This document shows positions 11,601 to 18,477 of a stretch of 64,000 nt of DNA, one piece after another (the stretch's first letter is position 1; every line of letters begins with the position of its first letter). Under the pieces are notes generated by a model, which was not told the origin of the DNA, searched no databases, and saw only the letters and a program-made list of their open reading frames with translations. The position numbers and the translations under genes are program-made. The DNA is from Chitinophagales bacterium (GTDB lineage: Bacteria; Bacteroidota; Bacteroidia; Chitinophagales; JADIYW01), in the NCBI GenBank assembly GCA_046329785.1, contig JAXLTZ010000008.1, forward strand, positions 62,493-126,492. Reading direction: 5' to 3'.

Positions 11601-11760
11601 TTTTTTAAAACACATAGAAACACAGAAAAATTATAAAAAGATTAAAAAGGTTTACAAAGAAGCTACGCTTTTCACATAAGCAGTTATGTGAAAAGCGTAG
11701 CCTCTATATTACTCTTCTTTATTCTCAAAAGCTATATTTCTATGTGTTTATTTTAAAAAA
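11601..11760. repeat. 160-bp nested imperfect palindrome (outer arms of about 20 bp, perfect inner 18-bp stem)
   Basis: Outer arms: TTTTTTAAAACACATAGAAA (11601-11620) against TTTCTATGTGTTTATTTTAAAAAA (11737-11760). Inner stem: GCTACGCTTTTCACATAA (11662-11679) with loop GCAG and TTATGTGAAAAGCGTAGC (11684-11701). Confidence 0.8.
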
Positions 11761-11763
11761 TAG

Positions 11764-11802
11764 CATAAAAAAAGAGCCGCTCTTAAATTGGCGGCTCTTT
11801 TT
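11764..11802 (-). terminator. rho-independent terminator of the 11827-12225 gene (bidirectional hairpin)
   Basis: Perfect 10-bp stem AAAGAGCCGC / GCGGCTCTTT with a 10-nt loop. A/T runs flank both sides, 25 nt downstream of the minus-strand stop. Confidence 0.85.
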
Positions 11803-11826
11803 AAAAATGTAATCTAATTTACAGGA

Positions 11827-12225
11827 TTACGCTGTAGCTTTAGTTTTTGATTTAGAAGTTGCTTTTTTTACTTCAGCTTTTACTTCTTCTACTTGTTTTT
11901 CAACTTTAGAAGATGCGTCATTGAATAAACCTTTAACTCGGTCAGCATTTCTGTTGAACGTAGTTTTTAAGTCAGCAACTAAGATGTCAGCTTCTTCTTT
12001 AACGTCAGCTTGAACTTTTTCTAGAGTAAAAGGACCTTTTAATTTAGCTTGGATTCTTTCAGATGTAGCCTTGAAATGGTTTTTCAAGATTTCTACTTCG
12101 TCTTTTCCTTCGCTAACTGCATTTTTAACAGTGTTTTCTACGTTGTAACGTAATTCTGTAGCGTTTGCTTTTGTTTCAGCAGTAAAGCTGTCAACAGCTT
12201 CTTTGAATTTTTGTGTGAATTCCAT
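11827..12225 (-). CDS. Lys/Glu-rich all-helical protein (apolipoprotein/phasin-like heptad character), function unknown
   Basis: 132 aa with no signal peptide. Repetitive amphipathic helices and a basic tail KKATSKSKTKATA. It has its own promoter-like elements and a strong terminator. Confidence 0.75.
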   Translation of the reverse strand: MEFTQKFKEAVDSFTAETKANATELRYNVENTVKNAVSEGKDEVEILKNHFKATSERIQAKLKGPFTLEKVQADVKEEADILVADLKTTFNRNADRVKGLFNDASSKVEKQVEEVKAEVKKATSKSKTKATA

Positions 12226-12246
12226 TTTTAAAAAGATTTAATTGTT

Positions 12247-12295
12247 TGTCAAAATTGACATTACAAAATTACATCAGGCTGTTGATGTTTGTCAA
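12247..12295 (-). promoter_or_regulatory. putative promoter plus palindromic operator for the helical-protein gene
   Basis: Read on the minus strand: TTGACA (12295-12290), a 21-nt spacer, then TAATTTTG (12271-12264, TAnnTTTG). The palindrome TGTCAA-nn-TTGACA (12247-12260) lies between this box and ATG 12225. Confidence 0.4.
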
Positions 12296-12549
12296 CTTTT
12301 TTCAATTACGAAAGTTTGATTTAAAAATGTATTTGTTGTAAAAGCGAAGTTAAACCAATGTGAATTTTAAACTTCCCGAAACAAACCAGAGTTGAATGTA
12401 AAATGAACGTAAATTTAAGTTGGTTTTGCTGTTTATTGTGTTAAATTAATAATTATAGTAATTTTTAAACTTTCAATAATAAATGAAAATTAATCCTCTG
12501 AGTCACTTCTTATTTTCTTATTTTAAATAGCAATGGTAACATCAAACTG

Positions 12550-12966
12550 CTATTTCATTGCCACATTGTAATCTGTATTTTCTTTGGTGAAAATAACATG
12601 ATTGAAATTCAGTCCGAGGACTAAATCCTTGCCAATGAAAAAATAGTCAACTGTAAGCGTAAAATTAATTTCTGAATACTGTATCTTAATTTTACCATCA
12701 TTGACTTTCCATTTTCCCGTCAGAGTTTTTACAAGATTATTTTTTTGGTCGTAAAAATCATGTTTGAAATCGTGGTTGGATTCAAAAATAAAATATTCGC
12801 AGGGATAATTACGCTTGTAATTCAGAACGGGCTGGAAATCATTAACAAAACTTTGATTACTGAATTTCCAGGAACCAATAACAGGGTTTTTTGTTTCATC
12901 TTTTCGTTGTGCTAATGCTGTAACAAATACTGCTACAAACCACATTAGAAAAAATGCCCTTTTCAT
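12550..12966 (-). CDS. secreted lipocalin-like small protein, paralogue 1 of 3
   Basis: ATG 12966 gives the signal peptide MKRAFFLMWFVAVFVTALAQ. Shared motifs: IGSWKF.NQS..NDFQ, F.SNH.F.H.F and LTGKWK...GKIKI.YS.I...LT.DYFF..KDLVLG.NFNH.IFT. Confidence 0.8.
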   Translation of the reverse strand: MKRAFFLMWFVAVFVTALAQRKDETKNPVIGSWKFSNQSFVNDFQPVLNYKRNYPCEYFIFESNHDFKHDFYDQKNNLVKTLTGKWKVNDGKIKIQYSEINFTLTVDYFFIGKDLVLGLNFNHVIFTKENTDYNVAMK

Positions 12967-13140
12967 AATGTTGTATTTTATTGTTTTATGGTAAAATAAA
13001 ATTGCAAACAATACTGCTATTTGTCAAAAAATATTTTGTTAATTATCGTCATTAATAGAAGCTAAACAGTGTATTTTTTAAGAGTCAGAACACAATACCA
13101 GGTTTAGTTATTTCCGGATTAAAAAATGATGTACACGCTT

Positions 13141-13563
13141 TTATTTCATTGCCATGTTATAATCAACATCTCCTTTTGTGAAAATGACATGATTAAAATT
13201 TTGTCCCAGAACTAAATCTTGATCTAAAAAGAAATAATCTAAGGTTAGTGCGTAATCAATATCTGAGTATTCAATTTTTATTTTGTTACCCACTGATTTC
13301 CATTTTCCTTTCAGTGTGCGTATCAGCTTATCATCTTTACTGATAAACTCGTGTTTAAAAGTGTGATTAGATTCAAACGTAAAATACTCAGTTTGATAAT
13401 CAAGCTGCTGCTTGTTTTCAAATACTTTCTGAAAATCGTTCACCTTGCTTTGGTTAGTGAATTTCCAGGAGCCGATAATTGGGGTTTTTGTTTCATTTTT
13501 TCGTTGTGCTAATGCTGTAACATTTACTGCTACAAAACACATTAGAAAAAATGTCTTCTTCAT
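13141..13563 (-). CDS. secreted lipocalin-like small protein, paralogue 2 of 3
   Basis: ATG 13563 gives MKKTFFLMCFVAVNVTALAQ. The mature region is close to that of 13678-14100. Confidence 0.8.
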   Translation of the reverse strand: MKKTFFLMCFVAVNVTALAQRKNETKTPIIGSWKFTNQSKVNDFQKVFENKQQLDYQTEYFTFESNHTFKHEFISKDDKLIRTLKGKWKSVGNKIKIEYSDIDYALTLDYFFLDQDLVLGQNFNHVIFTKGDVDYNMAMK

Positions 13564-13677
13564 ATGCTTTGTTTTTGTTTTATGGTATAACAAAATTGTA
13601 TATTTATTGATGTATGTCAATAATTATCGAGTAAACGGCACATTTGAATTATTAAACGGTAAGATTGTTTGTATTTA

Positions 13678-14100
13678 TCATTTCATAACCAGATTTCTCT
13701 CCGGATTACCTAGTGTAAAGATGATATGATTGAAATTCTGACCAAGTACCAGATCTTTATCCAGAAAAAAGTAATCTAAGGTGAGCGCATAGGCAATATC
13801 AGAGTACTCAATCTTGATTTTATTACCGACAGACTTCCATTTTCCTTTCAGGCTTTTCACAAGATTATCATCTTTGTCGATAAATTCATGCACAAAAGTG
13901 TGGTTGGAGGCGAAAGTAAAATATTCGGTTTTGAAACTGCGTTGTTGTTCATTTTCAAATATTTTTTGAAAATCATTCAGTTTACTTTGATTGCTGAATT
14001 TCCAGGAACCTATCAGAGGGCTTTTTGCTTCTTTGTTTTTTTGCGCTACAGCGTTTCCGAATATCATAAGAAACAGCAGTAATGTTAATGTATTTTTCAT
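13678..14100 (-). CDS. secreted lipocalin-like small protein, paralogue 3 of 3
   Basis: 140 aa with signal peptide MKNTLTLLLFLMIFGNAVAQ. Long identical runs with paralogue 2, for example LKGKWKSVGNKIKIEYSDI.YALTLDYFFLD.DLVLGQNFNH. Confidence 0.8.
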   Translation of the reverse strand: MKNTLTLLLFLMIFGNAVAQKNKEAKSPLIGSWKFSNQSKLNDFQKIFENEQQRSFKTEYFTFASNHTFVHEFIDKDDNLVKSLKGKWKSVGNKIKIEYSDIAYALTLDYFFLDKDLVLGQNFNHIIFTLGNPERNLVMK

Positions 14101-14207
14101 AGTCGTGTTGTTGGTTGAACAAATTTGTTCAGTTTAAATCCAACAATACATTACTGATGTGTAAACGGTTGCCTTAATTAGTAAATGGTAGGCTCTATAA
14201 AATATTG

Positions 14208-15395
14208 CTATGAAAAAGCATTTTCGCCGGTCATATCCATTCCGGTAATCAATAAGTGTACTTCATGTGTACCCTCGTAAGTAATTACACTTTCAAGGTT
14301 CATGGCATGCCTCATAAAAGGGAAATCCTGTGTAATACCCATTCCACCGCATATTTGACGGCAATCACGTGCAATTCGCAAAGCAGTTTCCACATTATTA
14401 CGCTTGCCCATAGAAATTTGTGCAGGAGTAATTTTCCCTTCAATATTTAATTTTCCAAGCTGCAGCGACAATAATTGTGCTTTTGTCAGTTCTGTTAACA
14501 TTTCAGCCAGTTTTTTTTGTGTTAATTGAAATGCTGCCAGGGGTTTTCCAAATTGCTTGCGTTCCTTACTGTATTCTACCGCATGGTGAAGACAATCCAT
14601 GGCAGCACCGAGTGCACCACAGGCAATGCCAAAACGTGCGGAAGATAAACAAGATAGCGGCGCTTTTAAGCCTTTTGCCAGAGGCAGGATGTTGTCTTCG
14701 GGAATTTCAACTTCATCAAAAATCAATTCACCGGTAATGGATGCACGCAGACTCCATTTTCCTTTAATTTCGGGAGTAGAAAAGCCTTTCATATCGCGTT
14801 CCACAATACAACCTACAATATATCCATCTTCATTTTTCGCCCAAACAACAGCCAAATCGCACATAGGTGAATTTGTAATCCACATTTTTGCCCCGTGCAG
14901 TATATATTTATTTCCTTTTTTGATTAGTCTTGTTTCCATACTCGACGGGTCGCTTCCATGATTGGGTTCTGTTAACCCAAAACTGCCCAGAAATTCACCG
15001 GTTGCTAATTTGGGAAGAAACTTCATTTTTTGTTCTTCGCTCCCAAATTTCCAGATGGGATACATCACTAATGAGCTTTGTACGCTGGCACAGCTGCGAA
15101 TACCCGAATCGCCGCGTTCCAGTTCCTGCATAATCAGGCCGTATGAAATAGCATCTAAGCCTCCGCCTCCATATTGAGTTGGGATATGTGGACCGAAAGC
15201 ACCGATTTCTCCTAATTCTTTAATTAAATGTTTAGGAAACTTGTTGTTTTCAGCGCAGTCTTCAATAATTGGTATGACAGAAGTATTTACCCAGCTACGA
15301 ACACTATCTCTGATTAGTTTCTGTTCATCCGTTAACTGTTCGTCTAAATTTAAATAATCGAAACCACGGTAAGAGGAAGCATATCTATTGGACAT
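14208..15395 (-). CDS. gcdH: glutaryl-CoA dehydrogenase (acyl-CoA dehydrogenase family)
   Basis: 395 aa with the three-domain ACAD layout. Motifs: N-terminal ..FDYLNLDEQLTDEQKLIRDSVRSW, GLTEPNHGSDPSSMET, WITNSP, and the C-terminal YEGTHEVHLLI typical of the glutaryl-CoA subfamily. Confidence 0.85.
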   Translation of the reverse strand: MSNRYASSYRGFDYLNLDEQLTDEQKLIRDSVRSWVNTSVIPIIEDCAENNKFPKHLIKELGEIGAFGPHIPTQYGGGGLDAISYGLIMQELERGDSGIRSCASVQSSLVMYPIWKFGSEEQKMKFLPKLATGEFLGSFGLTEPNHGSDPSSMETRLIKKGNKYILHGAKMWITNSPMCDLAVVWAKNEDGYIVGCIVERDMKGFSTPEIKGKWSLRASITGELIFDEVEIPEDNILPLAKGLKAPLSCLSSARFGIACGALGAAMDCLHHAVEYSKERKQFGKPLAAFQLTQKKLAEMLTELTKAQLLSLQLGKLNIEGKITPAQISMGKRNNVETALRIARDCRQICGGMGITQDFPFMRHAMNLESVITYEGTHEVHLLITGMDMTGENAFS

Positions 15396-15402
15396 AATAT
15401 TC

Positions 15403-15410
15403 TATTTTTG
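15403..15410 (+). promoter_or_regulatory. Bacteroidota-type -7 box (TATTTTTG) for folB
   Basis: Exact TAnnTTTG match 16 nt upstream of ATG 15427. It lies inside the TTG-extended track ORF, which argues for the 15427 start. Confidence 0.45.
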
Positions 15411-15426
15411 TATGATAAACAAAGGT

Positions 15427-15786
15427 ATGCAAAAAAAGGTTTGGATTGGATTGGAAGGAATGGAATTTTATGCCTATCATGGCGTATATGAGGAAGAGCG
15501 CAAAAAAGGCGGTAAGTATGTAGTTGATGTATCGGTACATACTAATGCTGAAAAAGCGGAACAGTATGATGAATTGGATGGTACGGTAAATTATGAGCAA
15601 ATTTATCAAGCAGTTGAAAAAAATATGCAGCAGCCTGTAAAATTGATTGAACATCTTGCACGAAAAATAATTGATGATATCAGGCTGTTTGTGGTAAAAG
15701 AAGATACAATACGCATAAAAATCCGGAAGATACAGCCGCCATTAGGTGCAAAAGTGGAAGCAAGTGTAGTGGAAATTGAAGATTGA
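15427..15786 (+). CDS. folB: dihydroneopterin aldolase
   Basis: 119 aa from ATG 15427: MQKKVWIGLEGMEFYAYHGVYEEERKKGGKYVVDV...NYEQIY..V, the FolB tunnelling-fold signature. Confidence 0.85.
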   Translation: MQKKVWIGLEGMEFYAYHGVYEEERKKGGKYVVDVSVHTNAEKAEQYDELDGTVNYEQIYQAVEKNMQQPVKLIEHLARKIIDDIRLFVVKEDTIRIKIRKIQPPLGAKVEASVVEIED

Positions 15787-15798
15787 TTAGTTAAAATT

Positions 15799-16110
15799 CT
15801 ACGCAGTTACATAATAAATTAATGCCATTGGTATTACGTTTAGTACAAATATTATTATTGATTGTACTAGTATTTTGTCTTTAGAATTGTCTATTTGTCT
15901 AACTAATTTTATTCCGTAATTTAATAAGATTAAATAGTAGATAGTACAAAAGAATAGAGGCAACAATATAAGTCCTATAAAGTCAGTTGGACTGTTAGAT
16001 GTAATAATATTATACCAAGTCCAAAATACTAGAATATTTGATACTATTATCAGTAATAGATTTATGATAGTTAGAGTTTTAAATAGTTTATCAATATTCT
16101 CTTCTTTCAT
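15799..16110 (-). CDS. small integral membrane protein, unknown function
   Basis: 103 aa with three hydrophobic helices. No family recognised. Confidence 0.55.
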   Translation of the reverse strand: MKEENIDKLFKTLTIINLLLIIVSNILVFWTWYNIITSNSPTDFIGLILLPLFFCTIYYLILLNYGIKLVRQIDNSKDKILVQSIIIFVLNVIPMALIYYVTA

Positions 16111-16213
16111 TATTAACTTGTTTTCATATACTAGTAACTAAGTTGAATATCCGCATAAAATTACTAAAACGACAAAAACTAAGCTTAAAATTTTGTTTTT
16201 CCTGAAAAAAATG

Positions 16214-16221
16214 TAGTTTTG
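16214..16221 (+). promoter_or_regulatory. Bacteroidota-type -7 box (TAGTTTTG) for tRNA-Cys
   Basis: Exact TAnnTTTG match ending 13 nt before the tRNA 5' end. Confidence 0.45.
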
Positions 16222-16234
16222 CAGTCCACAAAAT

Positions 16235-16308
16235 GGTCGGTTGGCCGAGAGGCTAGGCAGAGCTCTGCAAAAGCTCGTACGGCGGTTCGAATCCGCCATC
16301 GACCTCCA
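16235..16308 (+). tRNA. tRNA-Cys (anticodon GCA), CCA encoded
   Basis: Hand-folded cloverleaf. 7-bp acceptor GGTCGGT/ATCGACC (one G-T pair), U8, a 3-bp D stem, anticodon stem GAGCT/AGCTC with loop CT-GCA-AA (anticodon 16267-16269), 4-nt variable loop, T arm GGCGG-TTCGAAT-CCGCC. The discriminator is U73, the CysRS identity base, followed by CCA. Confidence 0.92.
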
Positions 16309-16325
16309 TTGATTTATGCCAAAAT

Positions 16326-16365
16326 GCCTGAAAACATTGATAATATTAATGTTTCAGGCGTTTTT
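16326..16365 (+). terminator. rho-independent terminator following tRNA-Cys (inside the island's left end)
   Basis: GCCTGAAAACATT ... AATGTTTCAGGC stem of about 12 bp with one bulged A, followed by GTTTTT. Confidence 0.7.
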
Positions 16366-16472
16366 AAGTTAAGAGCAAATAGTTAAAATCATCCAAAATT
16401 GTCCATTTTTATCCACTAAACCAACCACTAAACCAACCACCAATATTAAACCAACTACTAAAAAGTCCTAAA

Positions 16473-16787
16473 ATGGTGAAATTTAATCTAAAAGAGCCAA
16501 AAAGCAACGAGCCAACATTAGTGGTTATGGTGTACTGGCATGGTGCAAGCACCCCATTTAGATACTCCACAGGACAGAAAATAGAGCCTAAATATTTTGA
16601 CAAATCAACATACAGAACTATAACCAAAGGACTGCCAAAAGAGATTGCAGACAGAAATGAAACCATAAACCGAGTATTGAATAATTATCAGCGTGAATTG
16701 GAAATTGCAGTTGAAACCAATAAACGGTTAAATATTATTACAAACGGACAGAATCTTAAAGATGCACTTGTCATGTTTTTTACTTAA
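16473..16787 (+). pseudogene. tyrosine-recombinase (phage integrase) N-terminal arm-DNA-binding fragment; catalytic domain missing
   Basis: 104 aa: MVKFNLKEPKSNEPTLVVMVYWHGASTPFRYSTGQKIEPKYFDK.. This matches the typical N-terminus of Bacteroidota integrases (VKF.LK.....E..I......G.RF.YSTG..I.PK.WD). The ORF stops long before any R..HxxR..Y catalytic core. Confidence 0.7.
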
Positions 16788-16856
16788 TTTTCGATTTGTA
16801 TAAATAGTTGTACAGATAATTGAACAGATAAACATTAATACACTGTACAATTACAA

Positions 16857-16898
16857 TACAAATGTATGAACAAAAAATTGAAAATTCATACATTTGTA
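16857..16898. promoter_or_regulatory. perfect 14-bp inverted repeat upstream of the HTH gene (candidate operator or terminator)
   Basis: TACAAATGTATGAA (16857-16870) and TTCATACATTTGTA (16885-16898) are separated by a 14-nt A-rich loop, 45 nt upstream of ATG 16943. Confidence 0.5.
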
Positions 16899-16942
16899 TT
16901 AATTATACTTTTTGCACATTTGTTAGAATAAGGTGTTAATTA

Positions 16943-17305
16943 ATGAATAATCAAGGCTTTATATTAAGAGAATACGTCAAAAAATCTTCATACACACAGG
17001 ATGAATTTGCAAAATTATTAGGTTTTAAACAGCGACAATCCTTAGTTTACCATTTCAAAAGCGAAGTTTTAGATAATGATTTGGTGAAAAAATTAAAGAA
17101 TGCAAAATTGTATGAAGGTTTCATACAGTATGTACGAAATAATTATACAGAAAACAAAGGCGAGCCGCCGGATTGTAGCCATTACATCAAAGAAATTAAA
17201 TCATTAAAGAGAGAAATTGAATTGCAGAATAAGATAATCAAGATGTATGAAGCAAACACAATACAGGCTCACGAATTGCCTAAACTGAAAACTAAACAAT
17301 CGTGA
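16943..17305 (+). CDS. small XRE-like helix-turn-helix protein with C-terminal coiled coil (island cargo)
   Basis: 120 aa. The HTH-like segment is SYTQDEFAKLLGFKQRQSLVYHFKS. The C-terminal heptad segment is IKEIKSLKREIELQNKIIKMYE. Confidence 0.6.
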   Translation: MNNQGFILREYVKKSSYTQDEFAKLLGFKQRQSLVYHFKSEVLDNDLVKKLKNAKLYEGFIQYVRNNYTENKGEPPDCSHYIKEIKSLKREIELQNKIIKMYEANTIQAHELPKLKTKQS

Positions 17306-17408
17306 GCCAAAAGGAAAGAGGGTAATTCAAGGTTTTGTGAATTGTGAATATATAACAATATTCGATAAATATAATTAACATTTGTTAAAATGCAAATAAA
17401 TAGATTAA

Positions 17409-17813
17409 ATGAAAAAATACATTTACATAGCACTGTTGGCTGTTTCTTGTGGTAAAGACAACAACCGCACTACATCAGAAATGTTATCCGGTTATTGGGT
17501 AGAACTGTCTTTTGATAAAAAACTTAAAGATTGGTCAACTCACTTTCATTTCACATCAAGCAGTAGTAATTTCGTTGCTTATGACAATCCAAATCATGCC
17601 ACCTTTGACCAAAGGCATGATAACCCGATTAAGTATCACTACATACTGAATGGTGATAATATAACATTTGTACCCGATGCTTATCCCGATGATTTAGAAG
17701 ATAATGGAACAATTAGTTTTATTGGAAACGATACTGTAAAAATAGTTAGCAGACCTGATGTTTTAGACCCAACGTATATACCAACCGTTTATTGGTTAAG
17801 AGTTAATGACTAA
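17409..17813 (+). CDS. hypothetical lipoprotein (island cargo)
   Basis: 134 aa with lipoprotein signal MKKYIYIALLAVSCGKDNN. Confidence 0.65.
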   Translation: MKKYIYIALLAVSCGKDNNRTTSEMLSGYWVELSFDKKLKDWSTHFHFTSSSSNFVAYDNPNHATFDQRHDNPIKYHYILNGDNITFVPDAYPDDLEDNGTISFIGNDTVKIVSRPDVLDPTYIPTVYWLRVND

Positions 17814-17893
17814 ACCAACCACCAAACCAACAACTGAAAATCATAATCTACCAAACCGCAAATAAAATATAGCAACACAGATGATAAATTTAG

Positions 17894-17908
17894 TCCGCCA
17901 TCGACCTC
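17894..17908 (+). repeat. displaced copy of the tRNA-Cys 3' end (attR core)
   Basis: 15/15 identity with 16292-16306. It is followed immediately by a strong terminator, as expected for the original tRNA 3' end. Confidence 0.8.
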
Positions 17909-17910
17909 GT

Positions 17911-17943
17911 AGAAGCGAAACAATTGTTTCGCTTCTTTTTTTT
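17911..17943 (+). terminator. rho-independent terminator (probable original tRNA-Cys terminator)
   Basis: AGAAGCGAAACA / TGTTTCGCTTCT palindromic stem followed by a T run of about 8. Confidence 0.8.
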
Positions 17944-17955
17944 ATATTTATTCTA

Positions 17956-18477
17956 ATGAATTCACTCGAAATACAGATTGTAAAGCCAAAAAAGTTATGG
18001 TATGACATACACGATATATTTTTAAATTTATTTGTTGCTTCTACAGGGACGGCAATCATTTTATTTATCTTAATCAGTAATTTAAATGAGTATTTATTGG
18101 TGCTGCCTGTAATACTAATTTTGGGATTAACTTTTGTACAACGAAGGAGATTTGGTTGGATAATAAAGAATTACACAATAATTGGTAGATTACGTTTGTC
18201 AGATGATGTGATTGAAGAAATTGTAAATGATCAAAAAACAACTTACTATATCAAAGATTTGGAAAGAATAAAATATAAACATCAATTTTATCAAAATCAT
18301 AATTCAGGATTTAGATTAGGCAAACAAACATTCTCTGGGATTGGTTTTATTGAATTAAAATTAGTTTCATCGGAATTTATCTCAATAGATTTTATATTAA
18401 TAAATCAAGCTGAATTTGATAACTTGAATTTGAGGATAAGAAAATGGAAAGAAAATGGATTGTCTGTTTGGACTTAA
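17956..18477 (+). CDS. hypothetical membrane protein
   Basis: The track ORF (17881) begins inside the attR and terminator. ATG 17956 gives 173 aa with two hydrophobic helices and then a soluble domain. No family recognised. Confidence 0.6.
   Translation: MNSLEIQIVKPKKLWYDIHDIFLNLFVASTGTAIILFILISNLNEYLLVLPVILILGLTFVQRRRFGWIIKNYTIIGRLRLSDDVIEEIVNDQKTTYYIKDLERIKYKHQFYQNHNSGFRLGKQTFSGIGFIELKLVSSEFISIDFILINQAEFDNLNLRIRKWKENGLSVWT

Larger units (their letters stand above)
16292..17908. mobile_element. decayed tRNA-Cys-integrated element (about 1.6 kb remnant) bounded by a 15-bp direct repeat
   Basis: TCCGCCATCGACCTC occurs at 16292-16306 (the tRNA 3' end) and again at 17894-17908. The interval holds an integrase arm-domain stub, an HTH protein and a lipoprotein. 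Confidence 0.75.

Noticed and set aside
14256-15177. Five plus-strand ORFs (64-120 aa) opposite the glutaryl-CoA dehydrogenase gene
   Set aside because: They are antisense to a gene with unmistakable ACAD motifs. They have no recognisable motifs and overlap one another in different frames.
15385-15654. 89-aa minus-strand hydrophobic ORF overlapping folB
   Set aside because: It is antisense to a gene with clear FolB motifs. The AT-rich antisense strand gives Ile/Phe/Leu-rich pseudo-membrane sequence.
16409-16666. 85-aa minus-strand ORF ending in GGWFSGWFSG opposite the integrase stub
   Set aside because: Its repetitive C-terminus is just the translation of the AACCAACC repeats. The sense-strand ORF has a specific integrase arm-domain match.
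17841-18059. 72-aa minus-strand ORF and the 17881 start of the plus-strand ORF across the attR/terminator region
   Set aside because: Both would be translated through the displaced tRNA fragment and a strong terminator hairpin. The ATG at 17956, downstream of the terminator, is the plausible start.
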